A DNA stretch of 48,846 nt from a virus (taxonomy: Duplodnaviria; Caudoviricetes), in IMG/VR virus record IMGVR_UViG_3300035676_000011, positions 1-48,846 of that record. One strand, written 5' to 3'. Below, one piece after another: positions 1-8,582 of this stretch (its first letter is position 1; each line of letters starts with the position of its first letter). Position numbers and translations under genes: made by a program. The notes beneath the pieces were generated by a model. The model saw only the letters and a list, made by a program, of their open reading frames with translations. It did no database searches and had not been told where the DNA came from.

Positions 1-320
1 TGCTAGATATTTTGCCAAGTCTTCTCTAGATAGAGATCCAATAACGAAACCCAAATGAAACCAAAAACTCGTATTATCCATTTTCTTTATCATATTAAGA
101 AAATTCTTTCCTTGCTTTTTTAGATATTCCAACATCTTCTATTTTTTGTTTCGCATTTTCATAGCGATGGCAGCGTTCGCACAAAACTTTAAGCTCTGTC
201 GAATGACATAGCATTTTGTCAATCAATTCATCATAAGTTTTCCAGCCATGCATTGATTTTGTATGATGTACTTCTACTAACTTTATATTAAATATCTCTT
301 CGCAATTCTCACAACGATTA
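1..320. repeat. Terminal direct repeat, left copy
   Basis: Matches 48527-48846 except at positions 128, 135, 182 and 206. Confidence 0.95.
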
Positions 321-439
321 GCCTTAACTCCAACTTTAGTTCGTTCTAAAGCCTCTTTTCGCATAGGTGAATAGCGCCAAACTTTTCTAATAGCAGCTAC
401 TAGCTTATCTTTTTGATTCCATCTTGCTGGTTTTTTCAT
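95..439 (-). CDS. HNH endonuclease-like protein
   Basis: CENC...VEVHH...LCERCH zinc/HNH pattern. Confidence 0.75.
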   Translation of the reverse strand: MKKPARWNQKDKLVAAIRKVWRYSPMRKEALERTKVGVKANRCENCEEIFNIKLVEVHHTKSMHGWKTYDELIDKMLCHSTELKVLCERCHRYENAKQKIEDVGISKKARKEFS

Positions 440-690
440 TGCAACTCCTTTTGCAAATCTTTGTCCCGTATATATCGATCAAACAATAATGCCACAATAT
501 TTAACCTATATTTATGTACAATACAAAGCATTTTCCAAACCTGCATAGGATTTGGAGCTAGTAGCCCTCTTTCCCACCGCCAAATAGCCTGCCTGGATAC
601 GCCAAAATGCGATGCCATATTTGCATGCGAGTTTTTAAACTGTTTTAGGTTTTCCACTACTAACGTTTTTACCTGCAAATTTTCTTCCAT
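436..690 (-). CDS. XRE/Cro-like helix-turn-helix protein
   Basis: MASHFGVSRQAIWRWERG is a typical XRE HTH; ATGA overlap with the HNH gene. Confidence 0.75.
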   Translation of the reverse strand: MEENLQVKTLVVENLKQFKNSHANMASHFGVSRQAIWRWERGLLAPNPMQVWKMLCIVHKYRLNIVALLFDRYIRDKDLQKELQ

Positions 691-835
691 TTTCCTTCTC
701 CTTTTCTAATAAAAACTGAAAAATACATTCTTTATGAATTATCTTCCAATACTTCTCTTTCCACACATGGCCTTCCTGTGGCCACACAGTTTGCTTACAA
801 TGTTCACATTTACCAGCGTTTTTATTAGTTTGCAT
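635..835 (-). CDS. Small zinc-finger protein
   Basis: AGKCEHC...IHKEC (CxxC...HxxC). Confidence 0.55.
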   Translation of the reverse strand: MQTNKNAGKCEHCKQTVWPQEGHVWKEKYWKIIHKECIFQFLLEKEKENGRKFAGKNVSSGKPKTV

Positions 836-889
836 AGTTACCCCGTTGCGGGGAAGTTACACTATGCTGTGGATAAGATCAAATATTAG

Positions 890-1132
890 TTACTGGATTT
901 GAGATAAGACGTATCTTATTAATTTTCTTTTGTTGTGGATATCTAGAGAAGCTAGGCCAGCGTAAGAAGATTCTTGAAATCTATTCCAAATTCTATTAAC
1001 TTCGAACTCATCTCCCCACGATTTAGTATCTAATATTTTTTCCAACAAAGGCTTGTTTAAGTAAGAATAGATCCAATCCAAAACTTCGATAGAATGTAAA
1101 ACATCTTCTGTATTTAATAAGTTTGTAGTCAT
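890..1132 (-). CDS. Hypothetical early protein
   Basis: ORF in a tightly packed minus-strand run. Confidence 0.6.
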   Translation of the reverse strand: MTTNLLNTEDVLHSIEVLDWIYSYLNKPLLEKILDTKSWGDEFEVNRIWNRFQESSYAGLASLDIHNKRKLIRYVLSQIQ

Positions 1133-1133
1133 T

Positions 1134-1340
1134 TTAAAAGATCCTAAGTGTTTCTGAGATATAATTATAACTAGCCACAGCGGTGTTATTTATAAAAACT
1201 TCTGCGGTCAAGGTATCGTCTGGGTGTTGGTAGCATATCTCATCATTATCATTAATATTAAAATGTTTTTTAATACATTCACGAACTAAAGCATCTCCGT
1301 GTATTGCGATTTCGTCCATTGGTAGATTTATATCAATCAT
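1134..1340 (-). CDS. Hypothetical early protein
   Basis: ORF preceded by TAAGGA SD. Confidence 0.6.
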   Translation of the reverse strand: MIDINLPMDEIAIHGDALVRECIKKHFNINDNDEICYQHPDDTLTAEVFINNTAVASYNYISETLRIF

Positions 1341-1362
1341 TTCATTGTTCCTTATGTGTATT

Positions 1363-1396
1363 TTCAGTTATGATAATGTCCGTTATCATAACTGAA
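1363..1396. repeat. Perfect 14-bp inverted repeat (intergenic hairpin)
   Basis: TTCAGTTATGATAA-TGTCCG-TTATCATAACTGAA. Confidence 0.85.
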
Positions 1397-1414
1397 CTGT
1401 TTTATTGACTGCCG

Positions 1415-1702
1415 TCAACTAAGTTGATCTATAGTTTCTACTAATTCCATATATTTTTTAAAAGAAACAGATCCAATCTTTTCATCATCATCATAAATTT
1501 CTCTTGCTGATATTGACCTAACAATATTTTCTTTATTAAATCCATCAGGAAGGCAATTTAAAATAGCTTTATCACTATTTTCTATAGCTTGAATCAGAGA
1601 TTCTGCTTGTATCAAATTAGTTGCACCATTTTCATATGTAACTACATAGGTTTTCATATCTATCCACTCATCTTCTCCGAAAAAATCTTTCTTCGTATTC
1701 AT
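1415..1702 (-). CDS. Hypothetical early protein (start may be 1657)
   Basis: ORF track; GGAG/GTGGA lies upstream of the internal ATG. Confidence 0.55.
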   Translation of the reverse strand: MNTKKDFFGEDEWIDMKTYVVTYENGATNLIQAESLIQAIENSDKAILNCLPDGFNKENIVRSISAREIYDDDEKIGSVSFKKYMELVETIDQLS

Positions 1703-1979
1703 GCCAAGAACGAGGAGGATTTTTTATTTTCATCCAGCGGTATTTAGCTTCGTAAATACGATCCTGTATTTTATGCTCTTCTTCCAAATTACAGAATCTG
1801 CGAATTATCTCGCGGTATATTTCCTTTAAATTTTCTTTAGAATAGTCATAGTCCAATAAAATATCATCGGAAAGCTGATACTTAAAAATTTCTAACTTTT
1901 TTAAAACATCTGGTAATTTAACTGGATTAATATACCCTTCTCCAGTAAATAACGTGTAAATTTTTTCATACATAGTCAT
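1668..1979 (-). CDS. Hypothetical early protein, first gene of the long minus-strand run
   Basis: ORF with TAAGGG SD, downstream of the predicted promoter. Confidence 0.6.
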   Translation of the reverse strand: MTMYEKIYTLFTGEGYINPVKLPDVLKKLEIFKYQLSDDILLDYDYSKENLKEIYREIIRRFCNLEEEHKIQDRIYEAKYRWMKIKNPPRSWHEYEERFFRRR

Positions 1980-2067
1980 ATTTTTTTTAACCCTTATATT
2001 TTTCTATAAATTTTAACTTAGTATAAACAACAATAACAAATAGTTATAAATACCTACTAACAAATAA

Positions 2068-2096
2068 ACTATATTATACGCAGAAAAGATTGTCAA
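2068..2096 (-). promoter_or_regulatory. Sigma70-type promoter
   Basis: Minus strand TTGACA-N17-TATAGT. Confidence 0.7.
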
Positions 2097-2254
2097 CAAA
2101 ACGCAACAACAAAGTGTATTACACTAAATAAACTGGCTGACTAGTTAAAATATATTATTGGCTATGCGTCCAAATATCCTCAGCAAGAATCCCCCTTTGA
2201 ATAAATATTTGTTTTTGTTTACTAATCAGTAAAAAGTTGTAAGTAATTGGTTTT

Positions 2255-2578
2255 GGGGCAGTTTCGAGGCAGTTGGGGCAATATGAGGGGCAGAATCTTC
2301 GAACCATGTTGCCCCTGCTTTCTCCTTATTTATCTTATATTTATACCAAGGGGCAGTTGGGGCAAGCAATATATAGTACATAGACTACGAGAATAGTAGA
2401 GTGTGGTGTATTGGCTTATATAAATTTATATAACCGCATTTTTGGATGAGAGAAAAAAAAATAATATATAGCAGCAATGTGCCCCAGACTGCCCCACTGC
2501 CCCTAAAAAGAGATAACTATCTATAATTATGTAAAAAAATTTGTGGGGCAGAATATTTGTGACCTGAGATTCTGCCCC
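2255..2578. repeat. Putative replication origin: GGGGCA iteron array around an AT-rich core
   Basis: 11 exact GGGGCA/TGCCCC hexamers in both orientations, directly downstream of the primase-helicase gene. Confidence 0.7.
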
Positions 2579-2617
2579 GTAGCCACTATTTTTATAAGCT
2601 ATTATTTTTATTGAATA

Positions 2618-4915
2618 TTATTTAAATGATGGGTCAACTGTTTTTGTATTTACTGTAGATCTTAACTTACAACCAACGAAATATCTTTCTCCATTTACCT
2701 TCTTTTCTGGCTCTTTAATCCCCTGTCTTTTTAGCCATGACTGTATAAACAACATTGCAGATTTCTCTCTAATTTGTGCTTCTTTTAAATTGTCCCTAAT
2801 CAATGAGCGTTTTACAGCATCTTCAAATTTGCCTGTTATCAATATCTCGTCTTCAAGCCAAGTTTCCAGATCAGATTTTACTCTGACTTTTTCCGCCATC
2901 TCATTTTGACTTAAAACCATCTCTTGACAGAACATAGGTTGTTTTGTTGACTGTATGCAATAAAAAGACTCCCCCACCATCAAGTCGGGATCTGCCACTG
3001 ACCTAAGATAATTTATTGTATAGTCTTTATCAACTGGATTATAGTCACATACCAAGAATCTTCTTGCTCCAGTGGCATCTCTGAGGAAAGCGTCCTCATT
3101 GCTTGATCCAATGAAGGATGCAATGGCCAACCTGGTTTCAGAGTTTCTGGCATACGCTCCCCGCTCGTCTATCGTCTCTGATGTGATAAACGCCTTTAGG
3201 CGATCTACGTCACTCTTTCTGGTTGTCGCCCCAAGCTCTGGAACCTCCCATACTAGCGTTTGGGTCAGCGCTATGCGGTGGTCTTTGTTTTCGGGGTTAA
3301 TATCCCCCTCCTTAAAATAGCTATATCCTGGAGTTAATTCTGACGTGTTTTTAACTACACAGCGAGCTAAGCTAGACTTACCAGTTCCCTGGTCGCCCTG
3401 TAGCACTAGCATCGGGTTTTGGTACCTAAAAAAGAATTTCGCTACCATTCCTTCCAACCAAAACCTAAAGCAATCGCGGAACCACTCAAAAGCCTTTTGC
3501 TCTTCTTTGGTTGAATTTTTTAGTTTCAGACCTTCAACAAATAAATCTCTGTAGTAATATTTTGGAAACTCTATATCAGTGTATTCTAAGGTTCCTAATT
3601 GAGCTTTATATTTATCCAAACACGTCTGGAAATAATCTTTTAAAGGATTATACATATGCTTTTCTCCACTGGCTAAAATAATTAATTTTACCAAGTTCGC
3701 CTGTTTGAATTGCGGTATTTTTTCTAATTCAGAAAACTTTCTAAAGTCCAAAATTATCTGCGCTTCTAGTCCATCTGACATCGGAAACTTGATTCCTTTG
3801 GTATGAAGTTCTAGTTTATTACTGCACTGATTTTTTCTAATCTTCCCTTGCAATAGCCTTTCAAATATTTCACAATATTCGTCTGTATTCATTTCTTTTT
3901 TATTATTGTCTTCTTTATTTTCTTTCTTTTTATTTCCATCTTTTTTGGTTTGTGTTGTTTCAGGTGGAGAAGGGTTTTTCTTTATTTCTTCAATTGCCCA
4001 AGCATTTAAATCTTCCAAAAACTGGTTATTTTTTGCTGCGTTTTCCTGCGACAGCTTTCTAATTAAAAAGCCAATCGTTATTGGATTGTCTCTAATATAT
4101 CTTCCAAATGATTCCCAAGATGATTTTGTTCTTTTTTCATTATATGATAGTTTATTTACTTCTTGAACTCTCGCGCTCCACTCATTCCAAAGGTCATATC
4201 CTGAGTCACTTCCGTCTGTCGCATAATGTAATGACATTCCAATCTGTATCCATTCGTTATGTTGTAGTCCTCCCGTTGGTATATAGCAGAACAATTGCCA
4301 CCTAAAAAATTCTAGCTCTAGCTCATTGACTGGCGCAAAATCTCCTCGCTCTATTTTTTTCATTTCTTCGAACGGAGTGTTTCTCAATTTATGTGCATTT
4401 ATAATCCAATCTGGAAGTGGTTTTATTAATTCTAATTCTGTTGGTTCAGTTATCCATCTGTATTGATTGCATGGCTTATTTGCTTCAAAAAACTGAGACG
4501 GTGGTTCTGTAGAAAGGCTTCCTAATCCTAGAAAATCTACTCCTGGAAACAGTGCTATGGAAACTCTTAGCGCCTCTGTATGCCAAAACCAATAGTGCAG
4601 CCCACCGCTTTCTGTTTCACTGGATACAGTATTTTGCCAGCCGTCTGGAAATAATTTTAAAAATCTTTCGTATGAGGAAACACCTTCTGGCTTTTTAAAA
4701 TCAAAATCTACACAATGCAAAAATTTTCCTGGAGAGAACTCATGACCCATCTTTACAGCCACGTTGCAACCAATAAATTCGCGTTCTTCTCTATTAAATT
4801 TTGGAATTGCCCATTGTTCCATAGGAACTTTTTCGAATTTTCCTGCCTCAAATATCTTGTTTTTTTTCCATTTCACTAATGGTAGATTATGCTTTAACAG
4901 CATTTTTATGCTCAT
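2618..4915 (-). CDS. Primase-polymerase / PriCT-2 / VapE-like helicase fusion
   Basis: CVDFD and TESGGLHYWF (prim-pol); EWIQIGMSLH..LWNEWS (PriCT-2); Walker A GDQGTGKS and RRFLV (VapE-type). Confidence 0.9.
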   Translation of the reverse strand: MSIKMLLKHNLPLVKWKKNKIFEAGKFEKVPMEQWAIPKFNREEREFIGCNVAVKMGHEFSPGKFLHCVDFDFKKPEGVSSYERFLKLFPDGWQNTVSSETESGGLHYWFWHTEALRVSIALFPGVDFLGLGSLSTEPPSQFFEANKPCNQYRWITEPTELELIKPLPDWIINAHKLRNTPFEEMKKIERGDFAPVNELELEFFRWQLFCYIPTGGLQHNEWIQIGMSLHYATDGSDSGYDLWNEWSARVQEVNKLSYNEKRTKSSWESFGRYIRDNPITIGFLIRKLSQENAAKNNQFLEDLNAWAIEEIKKNPSPPETTQTKKDGNKKKENKEDNNKKEMNTDEYCEIFERLLQGKIRKNQCSNKLELHTKGIKFPMSDGLEAQIILDFRKFSELEKIPQFKQANLVKLIILASGEKHMYNPLKDYFQTCLDKYKAQLGTLEYTDIEFPKYYYRDLFVEGLKLKNSTKEEQKAFEWFRDCFRFWLEGMVAKFFFRYQNPMLVLQGDQGTGKSSLARCVVKNTSELTPGYSYFKEGDINPENKDHRIALTQTLVWEVPELGATTRKSDVDRLKAFITSETIDERGAYARNSETRLAIASFIGSSNEDAFLRDATGARRFLVCDYNPVDKDYTINYLRSVADPDLMVGESFYCIQSTKQPMFCQEMVLSQNEMAEKVRVKSDLETWLEDEILITGKFEDAVKRSLIRDNLKEAQIREKSAMLFIQSWLKRQGIKEPEKKVNGERYFVGCKLRSTVNTKTVDPSFK

Positions 4916-5270
4916 GTGTACCCCTTTTTGGTTGGTTGTTTTGGTTTTTTTGCGAGCTTCGGTTTAGTCTATTCTCATATTTCCCCCTCTTGCAATCTAT
5001 CGCCGCATGAAAATTATAGTGTATTTTAGAAATATTAAAATAGTTACTAATATTAAAGTATTCTGTAAAGCTTAAGATAATAGAAAACATAATATCCAGT
5101 GGAAATTTCTTGTGCTCTACCCAGTAATAAATAGCTGTTTTATTTTTTAATTCTAATATTCTTACAATATCAGCCAAAGTAAGTCCATGTAGTGACAAAA
5201 AATTTTCGAATTCCTCTAGAAATTTTTCCTGTAAATCTATAAGTTGTGTTGCATTGTGTTTACGGTTCAT
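4887..5270 (-). CDS. Putative HTH DNA-binding protein
   Basis: LTLADIVRILELKNKTAIYYW is HTH-like; GGAG SD before ATG 5270 (the longer ORF call overlaps polA). Confidence 0.55.
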   Translation of the reverse strand: MNRKHNATQLIDLQEKFLEEFENFLSLHGLTLADIVRILELKNKTAIYYWVEHKKFPLDIMFSIILSFTEYFNISNYFNISKIHYNFHAAIDCKRGKYENRLNRSSQKNQNNQPKRGTHEHKNAVKA

Positions 5271-5300
5271 TTTGTCTCCAGATGTTTTTTGTAAGTTAAC

Positions 5301-5329
5301 TTGAACACTTAAACTTTTTATGTTACTGT
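5301..5329 (+). promoter_or_regulatory. Sigma70-type promoter for the polymerase operon
   Basis: TTGAAC-N17-TACTGT with extended -10 TG. Confidence 0.5.
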
Positions 5330-5389
5330 TTTCGCAACATAAGTAAGAAGTAGAAGTAACAGGTTTTTTAGGGAAAAGAAAGAAGTTGT

Positions 5390-7105
5390 ATGTTGGAATT
5401 GCAGAAGCTGCTTGGTGGTAACGTATTGTTTTTAGATACAGAAACAACTGGTTTATATTGGTACCAAAACAACAAACCATTCTTGATAATTTTATCTTCA
5501 GAACGATTTTCTAAACCAATTTTACTAGAAGTAACTAAACTTACTATAGAAGAAGTTTTTATTTTGAGAAAACTATTTTCTAAAGACAGAACTATAGTAG
5601 CCCATAACGCTAAGTTTGATGTGCATATGATGCACAACATCGGATTTGACCTAAGCCAATGTACTATCTACGATACAATGACAATGCATAGGCATTATAT
5701 TAATGATTTAGATTCCTATAGTCTAGATAATCTTACAGGAAAAAAAGATAAGTCATTGGCGGAATATATTAAAAAAAATAACTGTAAAGAAGTAGAGGTT
5801 GTAAGAAATAAAAAAAGAGTTTATAAGCCGTTATATTTTATGGTTCCTGAAGAAATACTTTTTCCATATGCTAGACAAGACGTTCTATTAGTACAGCAAT
5901 TATATAATACTCAGCAAGAAGTTGCTAATACAAAAGCATTTGAAATTGATAAATTGTGTACGTCCGTGATTTTCCAAATGGAACGGAGAGGAATAAAACT
6001 AGATATAGAGTATACGACTCGGGCTATGGAATACGAATTGGATAGAGCCAAAACCGCGAGGGAGGATTTCAGACTTTTAACAGGTTTTGATTTTGTAGAT
6101 TCTGGAAAGAGTTTAGGGAAAATATTTACCGCGATTGGCGTAAGACTTCCCATAACCGAAAAAGGAAACCAGCAAACCAGCAAGGTATTTCTTAAGTCGT
6201 TGGCTAAAAAAGGAAACATCATTGCTGAGAAAATCCTAGAAATACGCGAAGCCAACAAAATGGCAAACACATATTATGGCAATTATCTACGTTTTCTAAA
6301 TAAAAAAACTGAAAAAATACATGCTAACTTTCATCAATTCGGGGCGGAGACAGGTAGGATGTCTTGCGTCGACCCAAACATTCAAAATGTTAAAAAAGAT
6401 AAAAAAGGACTAAATAAGTATAATCCACGTAAATGTTTTATTCCAGATAACGAAGATTATAAACTGGTTAGTATTGATTTCCAGGCACAGGAAATGCGTT
6501 GCTTTCTCGATGCGGCTGGAGAACAGGGAGTCATTAACGATATCATGATAAATAATCTAGATTTACACATGGTAACTGCTAATTTAATGGGAGTAAGTCG
6601 TGATGATGCTAAAGGAATCGGATTTGGTATTATTTATGGAGAGGGTGTTAATGCTCTTTCAGAAACACTTAAAACCAGTGTTGAAGCAGCGTGTCACTTG
6701 CGTGATTTATTTTTTGCAAAGTTACCAAACGCTGCCAGACTCATTAGATCATTGCAAATGAAGGCTAAACACGAGGGTTTTATAGAAACAAGATATGGTA
6801 ATATTTTACGAATCCCGCAAGAATATGCCTACAAAGCTACTAATTATTTTATACAGGGAACCTGTGCTATGCATACAAAATATGCAGCGATTAAAGTACA
6901 TAACTTTCTTTCTAAAAATTCTAAAAGTTGGATAGTCGCATTGATCCACGATGAAATTTTGATCCATATGCATAAAGATGATTTTGGTTTGCTGCCAGAA
7001 ATTCAACGATTAATGATTTCTGCGTATCCTCAAATAACACTACCGATGGATTGCAACGAAACAATATATCTAAAAAATTGGTGTGGGGAGGTGCTTAAAA
7101 AGTAA
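5390..7105 (+). CDS. polA: Family A DNA polymerase with 3'-5' exonuclease
   Basis: Exo DTETTG, AHNAKFD, YARQD; motif A DFQAQEMR; motif B RDDAKGIGFGIIYG; motif C IHDE. Confidence 0.95.
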   Translation: MLELQKLLGGNVLFLDTETTGLYWYQNNKPFLIILSSERFSKPILLEVTKLTIEEVFILRKLFSKDRTIVAHNAKFDVHMMHNIGFDLSQCTIYDTMTMHRHYINDLDSYSLDNLTGKKDKSLAEYIKKNNCKEVEVVRNKKRVYKPLYFMVPEEILFPYARQDVLLVQQLYNTQQEVANTKAFEIDKLCTSVIFQMERRGIKLDIEYTTRAMEYELDRAKTAREDFRLLTGFDFVDSGKSLGKIFTAIGVRLPITEKGNQQTSKVFLKSLAKKGNIIAEKILEIREANKMANTYYGNYLRFLNKKTEKIHANFHQFGAETGRMSCVDPNIQNVKKDKKGLNKYNPRKCFIPDNEDYKLVSIDFQAQEMRCFLDAAGEQGVINDIMINNLDLHMVTANLMGVSRDDAKGIGFGIIYGEGVNALSETLKTSVEAACHLRDLFFAKLPNAARLIRSLQMKAKHEGFIETRYGNILRIPQEYAYKATNYFIQGTCAMHTKYAAIKVHNFLSKNSKSWIVALIHDEILIHMHKDDFGLLPEIQRLMISAYPQITLPMDCNETIYLKNWCGEVLKK

Positions 7106-7123
7106 AACGTAAAATGTATTTAG

Positions 7124-7170
7124 TAAAAACATGGAGTTTTTATTTAGTTTAAATGGATTTTATTTAAGGA
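7124..7170 (+). promoter_or_regulatory. Leader with three ANGGA motifs, the first in a 7-bp hairpin
   Basis: TAAAAAC-ATGGA-GTTTTTA (7124-7142); ATGGA at 7153; AAGGA (SD) at 7166. Confidence 0.5.
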
Positions 7171-7178
7171 ATAATTTT

Positions 7179-7628
7179 ATGAATAACGTACTAGTGGAAT
7201 TAGATGAGTTAGATCGGCAAGTCCAAGATGGAGAAATTACGGGAATAATTGAATGGCCGCTAACTGGAACGTGTACGGTGGAGGAGATTTCTTTGACCAG
7301 CAAAAACGGGAGTCAGTATTTTTCTTTGAAATTATTTGGCGATAAAGGGAAAAGAATATTTTTGGTTAGAATACCTAATAAACAAGATTCTGAATCGGCA
7401 AAATTTATGGGAATGAAAAAAATATATAACACAGTATATGCGTTGGGTAGCAAAATTGGCGGAGTTAGTCCGCAAGGAGCGTATATTTTCGCAAAAACAC
7501 AGTGTGGAAAAAATAAGTTTAAGTATGCTTTATCAACGTATAATTCCCCTGGCAGAAACGGAAATGTATTTGTTAATCAATCGTTGGAGTCATTAGAAAT
7601 AATTGACGACAGCAGGGAGTTTTTATGA
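7179..7628 (+). CDS. Possible single-stranded DNA-binding protein
   Basis: Lies between polymerase and nuclease; beta-rich with an acidic/aromatic C-terminus; start inferred from the AAGGA SD. Confidence 0.4.
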   Translation: MNNVLVELDELDRQVQDGEITGIIEWPLTGTCTVEEISLTSKNGSQYFSLKLFGDKGKRIFLVRIPNKQDSESAKFMGMKKIYNTVYALGSKIGGVSPQGAYIFAKTQCGKNKFKYALSTYNSPGRNGNVFVNQSLESLEIIDDSREFL

Positions 7629-8581
7629 CTTTAAATGTTAGTTATTCCTGTGCATCTACGTTTCAAGAATGCGAGTATAAAGGTTGTCTCCGTTACTTTT
7701 TAAAAGCTCCAAAAGATATAGATTATGTAGAGCCAGATTATTTTAAAATAGGTAATGCGTTTCATAAAGTTTTAGAAATTACTAAGCATTGTCCAAACGC
7801 TTTTTCTTCTATTAATTTCAAGGGAATTGTTAAAGATTATGGTTTGGACGAAATTGAAGATGGCGGCAAAATAATGGCTATGCTTAGGGTATACTGGGCG
7901 TTTCATAGCCAAATACCATTAAAAGTAATTGCTTGCGAACATAAATTTACCACAACAATTTCGAATGGAATTATTGACGCAATTATGAAAGAAGATGGGT
8001 CAAGTTCGGAAAATTATTTAAAGGGTGATAAAGATGCGTGGTGGATAATAGATCTTAAAACTACGGGAAAACCAGAAGAGGCTTTACCAAGCAGACTACA
8101 TCGCGATCCTCAGATGTGTCTCTACGCTGCTGTAGCCCCCTCTTTTGCAGAAAAATACGGACTAGCTCCAGAAAAATTTGCAGGGATTAGATACCGGGAA
8201 GTATCGAAGCCACTACAACGATACAAAGCTGGTGAAGAGTTTTCCTCCTGGACGACAAGATGTCAGGCTAGTTTTAGAGAAATAGTGGTCTTAAAAGAAG
8301 ATATGAGCTTGAAAGAATCTTTTGATTGTTTTGCTAGAGTAGTAGACAGAATTCATGAGATTGAATCTCAGTTAGCAGATACCGGAAAAATACTTGCTTT
8401 AAAAAATCCAAAAGCATGTTTAAATTTTGGAAAATCTTGCGAATATTTCTCTGTTTGCAATAATGCTACTTTTACTAGTAATCTACAAAATTCAAAAGTT
8501 ATTCGTTTAGAAAATGGAAACTTAATAAATAATATGGTAATGAAAAAAGATGTTGAATGTTTGATCGAGGAGTTTAAATAA
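7625..8581 (+). CDS. PD-(D/E)XK (Cas4/RecB-like) exonuclease
   Basis: GNAFH, GIIDA, IIDLKT, QMCLY; an N-terminal Cys plus three C-terminal Cys. Confidence 0.85.
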   Translation: MTLNVSYSCASTFQECEYKGCLRYFLKAPKDIDYVEPDYFKIGNAFHKVLEITKHCPNAFSSINFKGIVKDYGLDEIEDGGKIMAMLRVYWAFHSQIPLKVIACEHKFTTTISNGIIDAIMKEDGSSSENYLKGDKDAWWIIDLKTTGKPEEALPSRLHRDPQMCLYAAVAPSFAEKYGLAPEKFAGIRYREVSKPLQRYKAGEEFSSWTTRCQASFREIVVLKEDMSLKESFDCFARVVDRIHEIESQLADTGKILALKNPKACLNFGKSCEYFSVCNNATFTSNLQNSKVIRLENGNLINNMVMKKDVECLIEEFK

Positions 8582-8582
8582 T

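Noticed and set aside
1-320. Diversity-generating retroelement TR/VR pair suggested by near-identical repeats
   Set aside because: Mismatches are not confined to adenines of one copy, are mostly synonymous, and no reverse transcriptase is encoded.
436-690. Lysogeny switch built around the XRE HTH genes
   Set aside because: No integrase, partition genes, att site or peptidase-bearing CI-like repressor was recognised.
2140-2200. Possible phage-encoded Csr-sponge small RNA (three GGA on the minus strand)
   Set aside because: The GGAs are not presented in repeated stem-loops and no terminator is evident; support is too weak.
2255-2578. CRISPR array or G-quadruplex array
   Set aside because: Repeats are only 6 bp, irregularly spaced and in both orientations; the iteron reading fits better, though local G4 formation is not excluded.
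7625-8581. Cas4 as part of a CRISPR-Cas system
   Set aside because: No other cas genes or array; it is paired with an annealing protein as a normal phage recombination module.
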